Of a stretch of 64,000 nt of DNA, positions 26,187-35,256 are shown in pieces. A program made the translations under genes and the position numbers. This DNA is from Gammaproteobacteria bacterium (GTDB lineage Bacteria > Pseudomonadota > Gammaproteobacteria > GCA-002705445 > GCA-002716945): assembly GCA_038142325.1 (NCBI GenBank), contig JAYQJW010000002.1, positions 288,001 to 352,000 of the forward strand, given 5' to 3'. The notes below the pieces were generated by a model. That model saw only the letters and a program-made list of their open reading frames with translations. It made no database searches and had not been told where the DNA came from. The stretch's first letter is position 1. Every line of letters starts with the position of its first letter.

Positions 26187-26792
26187 TTAAAATCTCTTCA
26201 TAAAGTGTAAGTCCCAATGGGAGTTTTTTGTACCCAATTCTAAAAGAAAATCACCTTTAAACAATTTCAAAAATGGGTAGGTATCCCATTCATTATTTAA
26301 TGTGTCTTTTTTAGTTTTAATCATAATCCATGTATGTAATTCATTATAATCTCCTAAATACGGTGCAGCGCCTAATTGCAATTCATATTCTGAGAAATCT
26401 TTCGATACTGTATGCTTATTAATAGCTGAAAATGAGGAGAAGTATCTTCTCGTCTCCCAATCACCATGTATTCCATAGTAAAAATCTTCACTTTTTTTAG
26501 TAGATATAGCACCTGTTAAATACAAATTTCTTTGTGATGATTTTGTATTCTTTCTATCTAAAAGATAAGTTGATCTAATATTAATATATTGATCATTAAA
26601 ATATCTGTCATTGATATATTCTGCACCAACTGAATAAAGATAAGATGGAGAGTAGTGATAGTAATAAGAGGACATCATAGAATTTGATTTATACATTAAT
26701 GTAGAGCCGCCAGACCATGAAATAGGTCGGGATTCTACAAAAGCTGTCGTAATTAAAAGTGACAACGTAATTAATAATTTTATTATACCCAT
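26187..26792 (-). CDS. Exported protein, putative outer membrane beta-barrel
   Basis: Signal peptide, aromatic-rich alternating strands (YYYHYSPS, YYGIHGDWETRRYF), C-terminal LHFMKRF. Confidence 0.6.
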   Translation of the reverse strand: MGIIKLLITLSLLITTAFVESRPISWSGGSTLMYKSNSMMSSYYYHYSPSYLYSVGAEYINDRYFNDQYINIRSTYLLDRKNTKSSQRNLYLTGAISTKKSEDFYYGIHGDWETRRYFSSFSAINKHTVSKDFSEYELQLGAAPYLGDYNELHTWIMIKTKKDTLNNEWDTYPFLKLFKGDFLLELGTKNSHWDLHFMKRF

Positions 26793-26802
26793 ATGGGGTA
26801 TA
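26784..26802. promoter_or_regulatory. CsoR/RcnR-type operator
   Basis: Inverted repeat TATACCC-ATATG-GGGTATA with C/G tracts, overlapping the start codon of the operon containing csoR. Confidence 0.75.
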
Positions 26803-26830
26803 TTAATAATTAATTTTATTAATACAAGTA

Positions 26831-26873
26831 TTGATTATTCAAATAATCTATATGATAATGATTCTCATTATCA
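26831..26873 (+). promoter_or_regulatory. Sigma70 promoter overlapped by a Fur box
   Basis: TTGATT (26831)-N17-GATAAT (26854); GATAATGATTCTCATTATC at 26854-26872 is 17/19 to the consensus GATAATGATAATCATTATC. Confidence 0.8.
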
Positions 26874-26888
26874 GAAATGGAGAAAGAT

Positions 26889-27257
26889 ATGAAAAATGTA
26901 ATTGTGTTAGCGCTTGCTTTATTTGTTGGACAAACATTAGCAGGAGATTATAACTATGTAGGTTCTGAACATGAAATGAAGTTAAAAGATGGTACATATG
27001 AAAAAACTAAGCAAAGAATTGTAATTGGACGAAGTATAAAGATAAATAATTATCAAACTTTTGCTGAAGTTGGATTTGGTGAGGATATAACTGAGGGGCA
27101 ATCAATCGGCCAAGGTGCTGATTATGATTATTATAAAGTTGGTTTTAAAACAAAATATTTTGATGCACTTGATGTAAAAGTTCATTTTGAAAGTAAGTTA
27201 AATACTTATGGCAAAGATGATAATGAGCTACAAATAAATACAAAGTATAAATTTTAA
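26889..27257 (+). CDS. Small exported beta-strand protein with outer-membrane beta-signal
   Basis: GGAG ribosome-binding site before ATG 26889; signal peptide MKNVIVLALALFVGQTLA; ends ELQINTKYKF. Confidence 0.75.
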   Translation: MKNVIVLALALFVGQTLAGDYNYVGSEHEMKLKDGTYEKTKQRIVIGRSIKINNYQTFAEVGFGEDITEGQSIGQGADYDYYKVGFKTKYFDALDVKVHFESKLNTYGKDDNELQINTKYKF

Positions 27258-27317
27258 TTCTTATAATGCATAGATCATGATTGTAGATTATGACTATGCA
27301 ATTTATACTTCTTTTAA

Positions 27318-27506
27318 ATGCCTGATATAGTTTTATATTTGATTCTTGCTGCAATTGCTGCTTTGGTTGTTACTGATTTGTACAAGTTTTTGAATAATTG
27401 GATAAGTAATCCAAAAATGTCATTAGAATTACTTAAGGCTAATCCTTTTGGAAGTGTAATCTTTCCATTGGTTCTAATAATTATCTGGTTCATCGTTTTT
27501 GGATAG
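27318..27506 (+). CDS. Small two-TM hypothetical protein
   Basis: 62-aa ORF with two hydrophobic segments. Confidence 0.55.
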   Translation: MPDIVLYLILAAIAALVVTDLYKFLNNWISNPKMSLELLKANPFGSVIFPLVLIIIWFIVFG

Positions 27507-27520
27507 TTGATAAAAACTCA

Positions 27521-27634
27521 ATGGCAGAAAAGGATAAATCTAAAAAAATAATCATGCTAGAAGTATTGAAGCTGATTGTGATAGGAATATCACTAGTCGG
27601 TCTATCCACCATTATTTTGATATCCATCAAATAA
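27521..27634 (+). CDS. 37-aa single-TM small protein
   Basis: Hand-translated MAEKDKSKKIIMLEVLKLIVIGISLVGLSTIILISIK. Confidence 0.45.
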   Translation: MAEKDKSKKIIMLEVLKLIVIGISLVGLSTIILISIK

Positions 27635-27639
27635 AAATA

Positions 27640-27762
27640 CTAGTCTTTATAGTATGTATGTGCTGCTAGTAGTAACACCAAGAAACCTATCACGAACTGA
27701 TATACATAGAATGCGATTAAGCTAAATATCACTAAGATGACTGCCTTTTTTTCTCTGGACAT
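27640..27762 (-). CDS. 40-aa membrane peptide
   Basis: MSREKKAVILVIFSLIAFYVYQFVIGFLVLLLAAHTYYKD; start trimmed to avoid overlapping the leader ORF. Confidence 0.45.
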   Translation of the reverse strand: MSREKKAVILVIFSLIAFYVYQFVIGFLVLLLAAHTYYKD

Positions 27763-27780
27763 GTATTGTAGTATATACCT

Positions 27781-28008
27781 ATGTTTGAACAGCATGAACA
27801 CAAACATGATGACCACTGTCATCATGATGAGCATGAGATTGCTACAGATGTACAAGTCTGTCATCAATGCGGCAAAGTTCACTCAGTATTTTTTATTAAA
27901 GAACACCACTGTTTAGAAGAAACATTATCAACAAAATTAATAATTCTTCTTGAACAAACTCATAAAAACTTTTTTTCTACTCGAGCTCCACCATATTCAG
28001 TTAATTAA
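27781..28008 (+). CDS. His-rich CxxC/RAPP leader ORF (CruR/CutF/DUF2946-like putative arrest peptide)
   Basis: 75 aa, 12 His, CHQC at residues 27-30, RAPP at residues 68-71 (nt 27982-27993), 30 nt upstream of a TonB-dependent receptor. Confidence 0.75.
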   Translation: MFEQHEHKHDDHCHHDEHEIATDVQVCHQCGKVHSVFFIKEHHCLEETLSTKLIILLEQTHKNFFSTRAPPYSVN

Positions 28009-28022
28009 ACGTTTTAATTAAC
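28000..28022 (+). promoter_or_regulatory. Hairpin covering the leader stop codon, next to the receptor Shine-Dalgarno
   Basis: GTTAATTAAA-CGT-TTTAATTAAC; AAGGAG at 28028-28033. Confidence 0.55.
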
Positions 28023-28038
28023 CTAAAAAGGAGCAAAA

Positions 28039-30005
28039 ATGAACATTTTTAAAAATGCGCTATTTTTAGCGTTTGTCGTCATATCTCATGCGCATGCAGA
28101 GGATATGACACCTATTGAAATTCAGTCATCCATATTGTCTAACACGGTGACTGAAAATCAAAATACTGTAACCATAATACCCGGCGTAGATATTGAATCA
28201 TCACAATCTATCGGTACAAACTTGAGGAGTATTCCTGGAGTATCGAATTCTGATTATGGCACATCAGTTGGGCAGCCAGTGATTAGGGGACTTGGAGGTA
28301 GTAGAGTAAAAGTACTATCTAATAATAACTATGTAAGTGATTTGAGTTTTTTAGCGCTGATCATCCTGTTATGTTAAACATCAACCATGCTTCTCATATT
28401 GAGGTAATCAAAGGACCAACATCACTATTTAATCATAGCGGTAATACAGGTGGCGTAGTCAATGTAATTACAGATTCATCTACAAATAAGTTATATAGTG
28501 AGGAGAAAATAAGCTTTGGTAGGTCTTACGATACAGTAAGCGAAGGTTATTCAAATAATTTTCTTCTAAAAAAGAATATAAATGATCTTGCTGTGTATAT
28601 ATCTCATGATAAAAGGGATTATTTTAAATATGATTTATCTGAGGGATCATTTTTTGAAGAAGGAACAGAGGTGCGTACACTCAATAACTCTGATTATGCA
28701 GACAAGAGCTCAACAATCGGATTGTCTATGATTAAAGATTGGGGATATTTCAATTTTTCTTTTATTAATAATAAAGGAACATATGGAATAGCATATCATG
28801 CTGAAGAGGAGGAGGAAGAAGAGGAAGAAGGGGAACATAGAATTTACAGCGCTCATAAGTCGGACACATATAATTTTATTGGAAGATTAGATAATCTAAG
28901 CTTTGCTAATTCTCTTGATTTTTCTGTAAGCAACACTAACGCTCACATTAAAGAGCATGAAGAAGATGGAACTTTTAAGGTTATGAATAATAACTCTACT
29001 GCATATAATTTAAAGTTTAATTTTGACTCGGTAAATCAAGAACGAAGATTATTATTGAACTATGAACATGCTAAGTCACCATTTTCTAGTAATGCATACG
29101 TACCAAAATCTGAGAGTTTCAACAGATCTTTGGCTTATTATTCTGAAGCAAGCTTATCTAATATGAATATTGCATATGCTCTTAGGTATGATTTCAATGA
29201 AAGATTAACATCAACCAAGAATTATGAAGACTCTGCAATTAGTTTTTCAGCAAATACTGCTCAACAAATTAATGATAGCTTGTCTTACAACTTAGGCTTT
29301 TCTCATGTCTCTAGAAGTCCTAATATGGCTGAGCTATTTGCAGACGGTAAACACGGCCCTACAAATAGATATGAAAAGGGAAATAGTTCTCTTGAAAGAG
29401 AAGTATCAAACAATATCGATATAGGATTAAATTTCAAACATGGAATTTCTAGCATAGATTTATCCTTGTTTAGAAATGACATCAAAGACTTTATTTATTT
29501 ACGAGATTTAGGCACGACCTTATATGACGGAGAACACCAGGATGCTGATTGGTCTCAAAAAGATGCCGTATTTCAAGGTTATGAAGTTTCATATACAAGA
29601 CCATTTACTTTGGGGGATAGAGATTTGTATCTAACTCTTAGTAGAGATGATATTTCTGCAGTCTTTGATAATGATACGTACGTACCTAGAATACCAAGTG
29701 CTAAAAATACAATAGGTCTAACACTATTGGGTGACAAGAATGAGAAGTATTCAATGAGCTTGATTTATGCAGAAAGCCAAAAAGATTTCTCTTCTATTGA
29801 GACCTCGACAAATTCTTATGTAGATCTTGCAGTCAAGTATACTAATAAAATTAGATTGGGTGATAAACAAGATCTTAATGTCATGCTTTATGGTAATAAC
29901 TTATTGGACAAGACAAGAAGAAATCATGCATCTTTTGTAAAAGCACATGTTCCACTTCCAGCAACAAGCTTTGGTTTTAATGTTTCGTTAGATTATAAGT
30001 TTTAG
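28039..30005 (+). CDS. ZnuD-like TonB-dependent receptor (frameshift in T-run near 28350)
   Basis: Signal peptide; plug motifs IPGVSNSDYG...QPVIRGLGGSRVKVL, SADHPV, IEVIKGP; RSPNMAELFADGKH; NNLLDK...RNHASFVK; ends LDYKF. Confidence 0.88.
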
Positions 30006-30020
30006 TAATCTTGTGCATTC

Positions 30021-30056
30021 TGGCTATGTTTAGAGATTCTTCTCTAGACATAGCTA
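30021..30056 (+). terminator. 16-bp stem-loop after the receptor gene (terminator-like, no U-tract)
   Basis: TGGCTATGTTTAGAGA-TTCT-TCTCTAGACATAGCTA with two G-U pairs. Confidence 0.55.
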
Positions 30057-30087
30057 AACAATGGATTATTTAAGCTATAATTAAGAC

Positions 30088-30462
30088 ATGGATACTTTTA
30101 AACTCATATTATTATTTTTTATAGCCTCGATATTGACTGTTCAAACAAACATTTCCTTGCTTGCAAAAGAAAAAGAATACACGCGAAAAGATATTTTAGT
30201 ATGTTCCGCTTATCATTTCAGAGCAAAACTTAATAATCAGTATTCAATGAAACAAAAATACGATTACCATAGTGAATACTTTGAAGCTCTTCAGAAGAAG
30301 TTTCTTGAGGAAAACCAACAATCATCTTTGTCTGATTATATATTATCAATTACAAGTATTATGGAATCATGGTCTTACATTGCTCAAGAGCATAATAGAA
30401 ATTATGCAAATAATAAAATTGAATCTGAATTTGGAAAATTATGTAACACGATTTTAAAATAG
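30088..30462 (+). CDS. Exported hypothetical protein
   Basis: Signal-like N-terminus, two Cys (CSAYH...LCN); TATAAT 6 nt before ATG. Confidence 0.6.
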   Translation: MDTFKLILLFFIASILTVQTNISLLAKEKEYTRKDILVCSAYHFRAKLNNQYSMKQKYDYHSEYFEALQKKFLEENQQSSLSDYILSITSIMESWSYIAQEHNRNYANNKIESEFGKLCNTILK

Positions 30463-30468
30463 TTTTTC

Positions 30469-30645
30469 TTATTTCTTTATTTTTTTCGTACCACCGTATT
30501 GGTAATTTGATGAAAACTTAATTTTTATCTCAGCGAGACACTTTTGGCATAAAAATACCCATTCCTTTTTATTATCATATCTACATCTAAATAGTGCTGT
30601 AGAGCTCTGCGAGCAGTGATGACACACTTTATTGCCTTTCACCAT
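30469..30645 (-). CDS. 58-aa putative zinc-ribbon protein
   Basis: Hand-translated MVKGNKVCHHCSQSSTALFRCRYDNKKEWVFLCQKCLAEIKIKFSSNYQYGGTKKIKK; two CxxC. Confidence 0.65.
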   Translation of the reverse strand: MVKGNKVCHHCSQSSTALFRCRYDNKKEWVFLCQKCLAEIKIKFSSNYQYGGTKKIKK

Positions 30646-30652
30646 ATTTCTC

Positions 30653-30841
30653 TCAAGGAGCTAAATTCATAGCAAGTATAAGCCCAAGTATGCTACTAAC
30701 TACCCAAAATAAAAACAAAAAAGCTAATATGTCAGCTAATGTTTTGTATTGATAATTGACGATATCTTTTAAATAAATAGGCCTCAATATGAAGTAGACA
30801 ATCAAAACTGATAATAAACTTATAAGAGATATTTGGCTCAT
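30653..30841 (-). CDS. Small two-TM hypothetical protein
   Basis: 62-aa ORF with two hydrophobic segments. Confidence 0.5.
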   Translation of the reverse strand: MSQISLISLLSVLIVYFILRPIYLKDIVNYQYKTLADILAFLFLFWVVSSILGLILAMNLAP

Positions 30842-30963
30842 TTATCAATGATATCAAGAAAACAAAAGCCTGCATACAAACGTCAAATACTAAGTATTAT
30901 TACGAAGTTCCTGTTAAAATCTTATTGTTTTTATTAATTATAATTTAGTATATATTCTAGACA

Positions 30964-31086
30964 ATGTTTGATTACGCACCTTATATATTCTGGGCATACT
31001 TTTTAGTTCTAGTACCAATGGTATTAGTAGTATTTATTTTAATATATAAAGGCAGACAGATAAAAAAACAAATTTCGAATAAATAA
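30964..31086 (+). CDS. ccmD: Heme exporter protein CcmD
   Basis: MFDYAPYIFWAYFLVLVPMVLVVFILIYKGRQIKKQISNK: YxxYxWxAY, TM, basic tail; directly before ccmE. Confidence 0.7.
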   Translation: MFDYAPYIFWAYFLVLVPMVLVVFILIYKGRQIKKQISNK

Positions 31087-31094
31087 GGAATCCC

Positions 31095-31550
31095 ATGAAA
31101 AAAAGATCAGCTAGAATCTACTATGTTTCTTTCTTGCTCATAATATTAGGTTTTGTTTTGTATTTATTTATAAATACATTTAATGATAATTTGCTCTATT
31201 ATCGCAGTCCTACTCAACTGGTAAATGGCAATTTCCCTGATAACTATATATTCAGAATAGGAGGTATGGTCGAAGAGGGTTCTTTGATAAGAGAAAGCGG
31301 CACTAAGAAAGTATCTTTCAATGTTACAGATTTTGATAATAAGGTTACAGTTAAATATGATGGAATATTACCTGATTTGTTTAGAGAAGGTCAGGGTGTT
31401 GTTATAAGAGGGCATCTAGAAAAAGATTATTTCGTAGCTGAAGAGGTTTTAGCTAAACATGATGAAACATACATGCCTCCTGAAGTACAAGAATCTCTTG
31501 GTTTGAGTGAAGAGAGTAAATCTAAGACGATTAAAAGTATTAAAGAATGA
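31095..31550 (+). CDS. ccmE: Cytochrome c maturation heme chaperone CcmE
   Basis: RIGGMV, GILPDLFREGQGVV, LAKHDETYMPPEV. Confidence 0.96.
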   Translation: MKKRSARIYYVSFLLIILGFVLYLFINTFNDNLLYYRSPTQLVNGNFPDNYIFRIGGMVEEGSLIRESGTKKVSFNVTDFDNKVTVKYDGILPDLFREGQGVVIRGHLEKDYFVAEEVLAKHDETYMPPEVQESLGLSEESKSKTIKSIKE

Positions 31551-33436
31551 TTATAGATATTGGTTATATTGGTTATTTTCTTCTTTTGATAGGATTAATG
31601 AACTGCATCATTCTTTTGACTCCTAAGCTTGTTAGTGATTTAAATATTTCTAGTGAAATATTATTTTCTGCATCTAAAGCGCATTTTCCTATAATATTAT
31701 TATCTTTTTTATGTCTGATTGTTACATTTGTTGGAGAAGACTATTCGCTAGACTATGTAGCTAAGAATTCAAATTCGAATTTACCCTTGATATATAAGAT
31801 CTCAGCTGCATGGGCAGGTCACGAAGGGTCAATGCTCTTATGGTGTGTTGTCTCAAGTTTTTGGATGTTTCTTGCAAGCTATTATAGTAAAAACCTCTCT
31901 AAGAGTTTAAGAGTTAATTTCTTAGCTATTATGGGCTTACTTAATCTTGGCTTTTTACTTTTTGTTGTTGCTACATCAAATCCATTTGATAGAAATATGA
32001 CTGTTCCTTTGGATGGTAATGACCTTAACCCTCTTCTTCAAGATTTTGGATTAATAGTTCATCCGCCTATGCTTTATATGGGGTATGTTGGATTGTCTGT
32101 TGTCTTTTCTTTTGCAATCGCATGCTGTTTCGAAGATGATTTCAAAAAAGAGTGGGCGTAATGGATTAGACCTTGGATACTTGCTTCTTGGGCATTTTTA
32201 ACACTTGGAATTTCCTTAGGGAGTTGGTGGGCTTACTATGAACTTGGCTGGGGAGGCTGGTGGTTTTGGGATCCTGTTGAAAACGCTTCATTTATGCCAT
32301 GGTTGATGGCAACAGCGCTACTTCACTCGGTTATCGCTACCAGTGAAAAAGGAATCTTTAAAAGTTGGACAATATTGTTATCTATATTTACTTTTTCACT
32401 AAGTTTGCTTGGTACTTTCCTGGTCAGATCGGGTATTTTAATTTCAGTTCACTCATTTGCAAGCGATCCGTCCAGAGGGGTTTTTATCTTACTCATGTTA
32501 ATTGCTTTGATAGGAGGGGGGTTGCTAGCTTATGCCTTGAATTCATACAAGTTCAAAGACGAAAATGAAGTGAAGCTTTTTTCTAAGGAGGGTTTTTTCC
32601 TGCTAAATAATATACTTTTAGTGACCGCAACTTTTACAATCTTGCTAGGGACAATGTATCCACTATTTCTTGATATTTTAGGGCTGGAGAAAATATCTGT
32701 TGGAGTACCATATTATAACGCGGTTTTTGTTCCTTTAATGATTCCTCTAATATTACTTGTTGGATATATACCTATTCTCTTATCAAGACTATCAAAAAAT
32801 AAACAACTAATTCAACTTGTAGCAATACTCATAATCAGCATATTTTTATCTTTAATTTATAATGTTAATACTATTTTATTTTTTATAGGTATATTCTCTG
32901 CTACATGGATAGCTGGCAATATTTTATTTGATTCATTTAAATCATATGACAACAAAATAATGTTTAGAAATAGGATAGGAATGTATTTTGCTCATTTTGG
33001 ATTGGCTGTCTTCATCGTTGGTGCAAGCGTATCTGAAAACATGAAGATTGAAAAAGAATTTACGCTTGATATTGGACAATCTAAACAAGTAGGTTTATTT
33101 AATTATAAATTTGAAAAGCTTAACGAATATAAATCAATGAATTATGATGCTTTAATAGCCTCTATCATTGTGTCAAAAGACGATCAATTCATAACTGAAA
33201 TTAATCCAGAAAAAAGGCTTTATCATTCCAGTGAATCACCAATGACCGAAGCTGGTATTAATGGTCGATTAGATAGAGACCTTTATGTTTCGTTGGGTAA
33301 CATGGTTTCAGAGAATAAGTGGTCAATTCGAGTTTATGATAAACCTCTAATACGGCTAATATGGATTGGAACAATTTTTATGATTCTTGGCGCAATCATT
33401 AGTATTAGATTTAGAAGATCACGACATTATGAATAG
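31547..33436 (+). CDS. ccmF: Heme lyase CcmF (in-frame TAA at 32159-32161)
   Basis: WAGHEGSMLLW, HPPMLYMGY, then in frame WIRPW...WAYYELGWGGWWFWDPVENASFMPW, SVHSFA. Confidence 0.95.
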
Positions 33437-33944
33437 AAGCTTGTTAATTTATAGCTCTATCTTTATTTTAGTAAGCCTTTTTCTTTTTAAAGGCCTCTAT
33501 TATGATCCTAAAAAAATACAATCGCCATTGATAGGCAAAACATTTCCTAATTTTGAGTTATATGATTTAGATAATAATACACTCATCAATAATAATAATT
33601 TTTTAAGTAAGAAAACTATTGTAAATGTTTGGGCTAGTTGGTGTCTTGAATGTGAAAGAGAGCACTCATATTTAATAAATTTATCTAAAAATAAAGAAAT
33701 AGATCTAATTGGAATAAATTATAAAGATAATCCTACCGATGCACTAGCTTGGCTAAGCATGAGAGGCAATCCGTATCGTATGATTATTAAAGATCAACAA
33801 GGAGATCTATCCTTAGATCTAGGAGTGTATGGTGTACCCGAGACATATATTCTTGATGAGAATCAAGTTATTCTATATAAACATATAGGTCCAATTAATA
33901 ATCAAATAATTCAAAAAGAAATGATGCCTTTATTGAGATACTAA
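33429..33944 (+). CDS. ccmG: Thiol:disulfide interchange protein CcmG/DsbE
   Basis: NVWASWCLEC, GINYKD, LGVYGVPETY. Confidence 0.93.
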   Translation: MNRSLLIYSSIFILVSLFLFKGLYYDPKKIQSPLIGKTFPNFELYDLDNNTLINNNNFLSKKTIVNVWASWCLECEREHSYLINLSKNKEIDLIGINYKDNPTDALAWLSMRGNPYRMIIKDQQGDLSLDLGVYGVPETYILDENQVILYKHIGPINNQIIQKEMMPLLRY

Positions 33945-33946
33945 AA

Positions 33947-34300
33947 GTGAAAAGAATAAGTTTATTCATAGCTCTCTTATTTACCTTAAATATATCTTTT
34001 GCAGATGACATTGATAAGCAATATTCAAATTTAATTGAAGAGTTAAGATGTATGGTATGTCAGAATCAAAATCTTGCTGAATCAGAAGCTCCATTAGCAG
34101 TAGACATGAAAGAAAAAATAAAAGAGATGTTAAGATCTGGAAAAAATGAGGATGAAATAAAAATGTTTTTGTCTGACAGATACAGTTCCTATATTTTATA
34201 TGAGCCGCCTGTAAACAAACAAAATATAATATTATGGTTTGGTCCGTTTGTATTCATTATACTCATAGGCTTTTTTCTGTTTAAAAGATATTTAAAATGA
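33947..34300 (+). CDS. ccmH: Cytochrome c biogenesis protein CcmH
   Basis: ELRCMVCQNQNLAES, RYSSYILYEPP. Confidence 0.93.
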   Translation: MKRISLFIALLFTLNISFADDIDKQYSNLIEELRCMVCQNQNLAESEAPLAVDMKEKIKEMLRSGKNEDEIKMFLSDRYSSYILYEPPVNKQNIILWFGPFVFIILIGFFLFKRYLK

Positions 34301-35256
34301 TTTATTTTCTACTTGTACTAATTTTAGCAATCTATATTTTTTTTCTATTTACAAATAGGGATAAGCAAAATAATTCAAAGCTATTGATAATAGTTACGAC
34401 ACTTCTCACAATCTCAATAACTTATTTATTTTCACTAAATTATCAACAATCAAATGTTGATATTTATAAGGAGATTTACAAAAAAAATGTACAGGTTAGA
34501 AACAACATAAAAACTATTAAAGATAATTTACCTAAGTTAGAGGAAAAATTAGTATCAAATCCAAATGACTTTAACGGATGGCTCATGTTAGGTAAATCTT
34601 ATTCGATACTTAAAAAATATCAAAAAGCATCAAAAGCTTATGAGGTTGCCATTAATCTAAGGCCAGATAATTCAGATGTTTTACGTGAATACATTCTTGT
34701 TTTACGAAGTGACAGTGAAACATCGAATAAAGATTCAATTGAGGAATATTTTATCAGATACATCAAACAGACAAATGATCCTCAAGCACTATTAGATCTT
34801 CTTAGTTTTTCATTCAATGTCAATGATAGCCATTTAGCACAAAAGACATTAGAGAAAATCTTAATACATCCTCAGATAAAAAATAAAGATAACTACAAAC
34901 AGATACTTGCTGATCTTAAAGAGAACTCTGTTGATAAAAAAACACTACTAGAGCTGAGAGTATCTTCAAAAAATAACTATCAGGGATACTTTTTTATGAT
35001 TCTTAGAGAAAAAGGTATCAATCAGCCATTTGCAACTCAAAGGATTAGGATTAGTGATAATGATTTCTATGTAAAGTTCACAAATGATAATTTTATGATT
35101 AAGAGTTTAGACAAGATACCTGATGCCTTTGAATTAATTATAAAGCACTCAAAAAGTGAGAGATTTTCGACAGAAGAAAAACCGATCGAAGTTTTTAAAA
35201 TGAATATTGATGATTATGACAGTATTAAAGACAAGGTTCTAAGAGTCACCTTTTAG
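34297..35256 (+). CDS. CcmI/CycH-like TPR protein
   Basis: Two N-terminal TMs, NPNDFNGWLMLGKSY TPR; follows ccmH. Confidence 0.65.
   Translation: MIYFLLVLILAIYIFFLFTNRDKQNNSKLLIIVTTLLTISITYLFSLNYQQSNVDIYKEIYKKNVQVRNNIKTIKDNLPKLEEKLVSNPNDFNGWLMLGKSYSILKKYQKASKAYEVAINLRPDNSDVLREYILVLRSDSETSNKDSIEEYFIRYIKQTNDPQALLDLLSFSFNVNDSHLAQKTLEKILIHPQIKNKDNYKQILADLKENSVDKKTLLELRVSSKNNYQGYFFMILREKGINQPFATQRIRISDNDFYVKFTNDNFMIKSLDKIPDAFELIIKHSKSERFSTEEKPIEVFKMNIDDYDSIKDKVLRVTF

Larger units (their letters stand above)
21917..30900. other. Accessory island downstream of tRNA-Met, enriched in metal-homeostasis genes and small ORFs
   Basis: Break in core synteny at the tRNA; many short hypothetical genes; no integrase seen; right boundary approximate. 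Confidence 0.6.

Noticed and set aside
27740-27781. Zur box upstream of the leader/receptor unit
   Set aside because: No convincing match to the TGTTATAnTATAACA dyad
27781-28008. Histidine-biosynthesis attenuator
   Set aside because: Too long, His codons are far from the 3' hairpin, there is no U-tailed terminator, and the downstream gene is a metal receptor; CxxC plus RAPP fits an arrest peptide better
30964-35256. ccmABC missing as evidence of a new cytochrome c maturation route
   Set aside because: Split ccm loci are common; absence cannot be judged from one window
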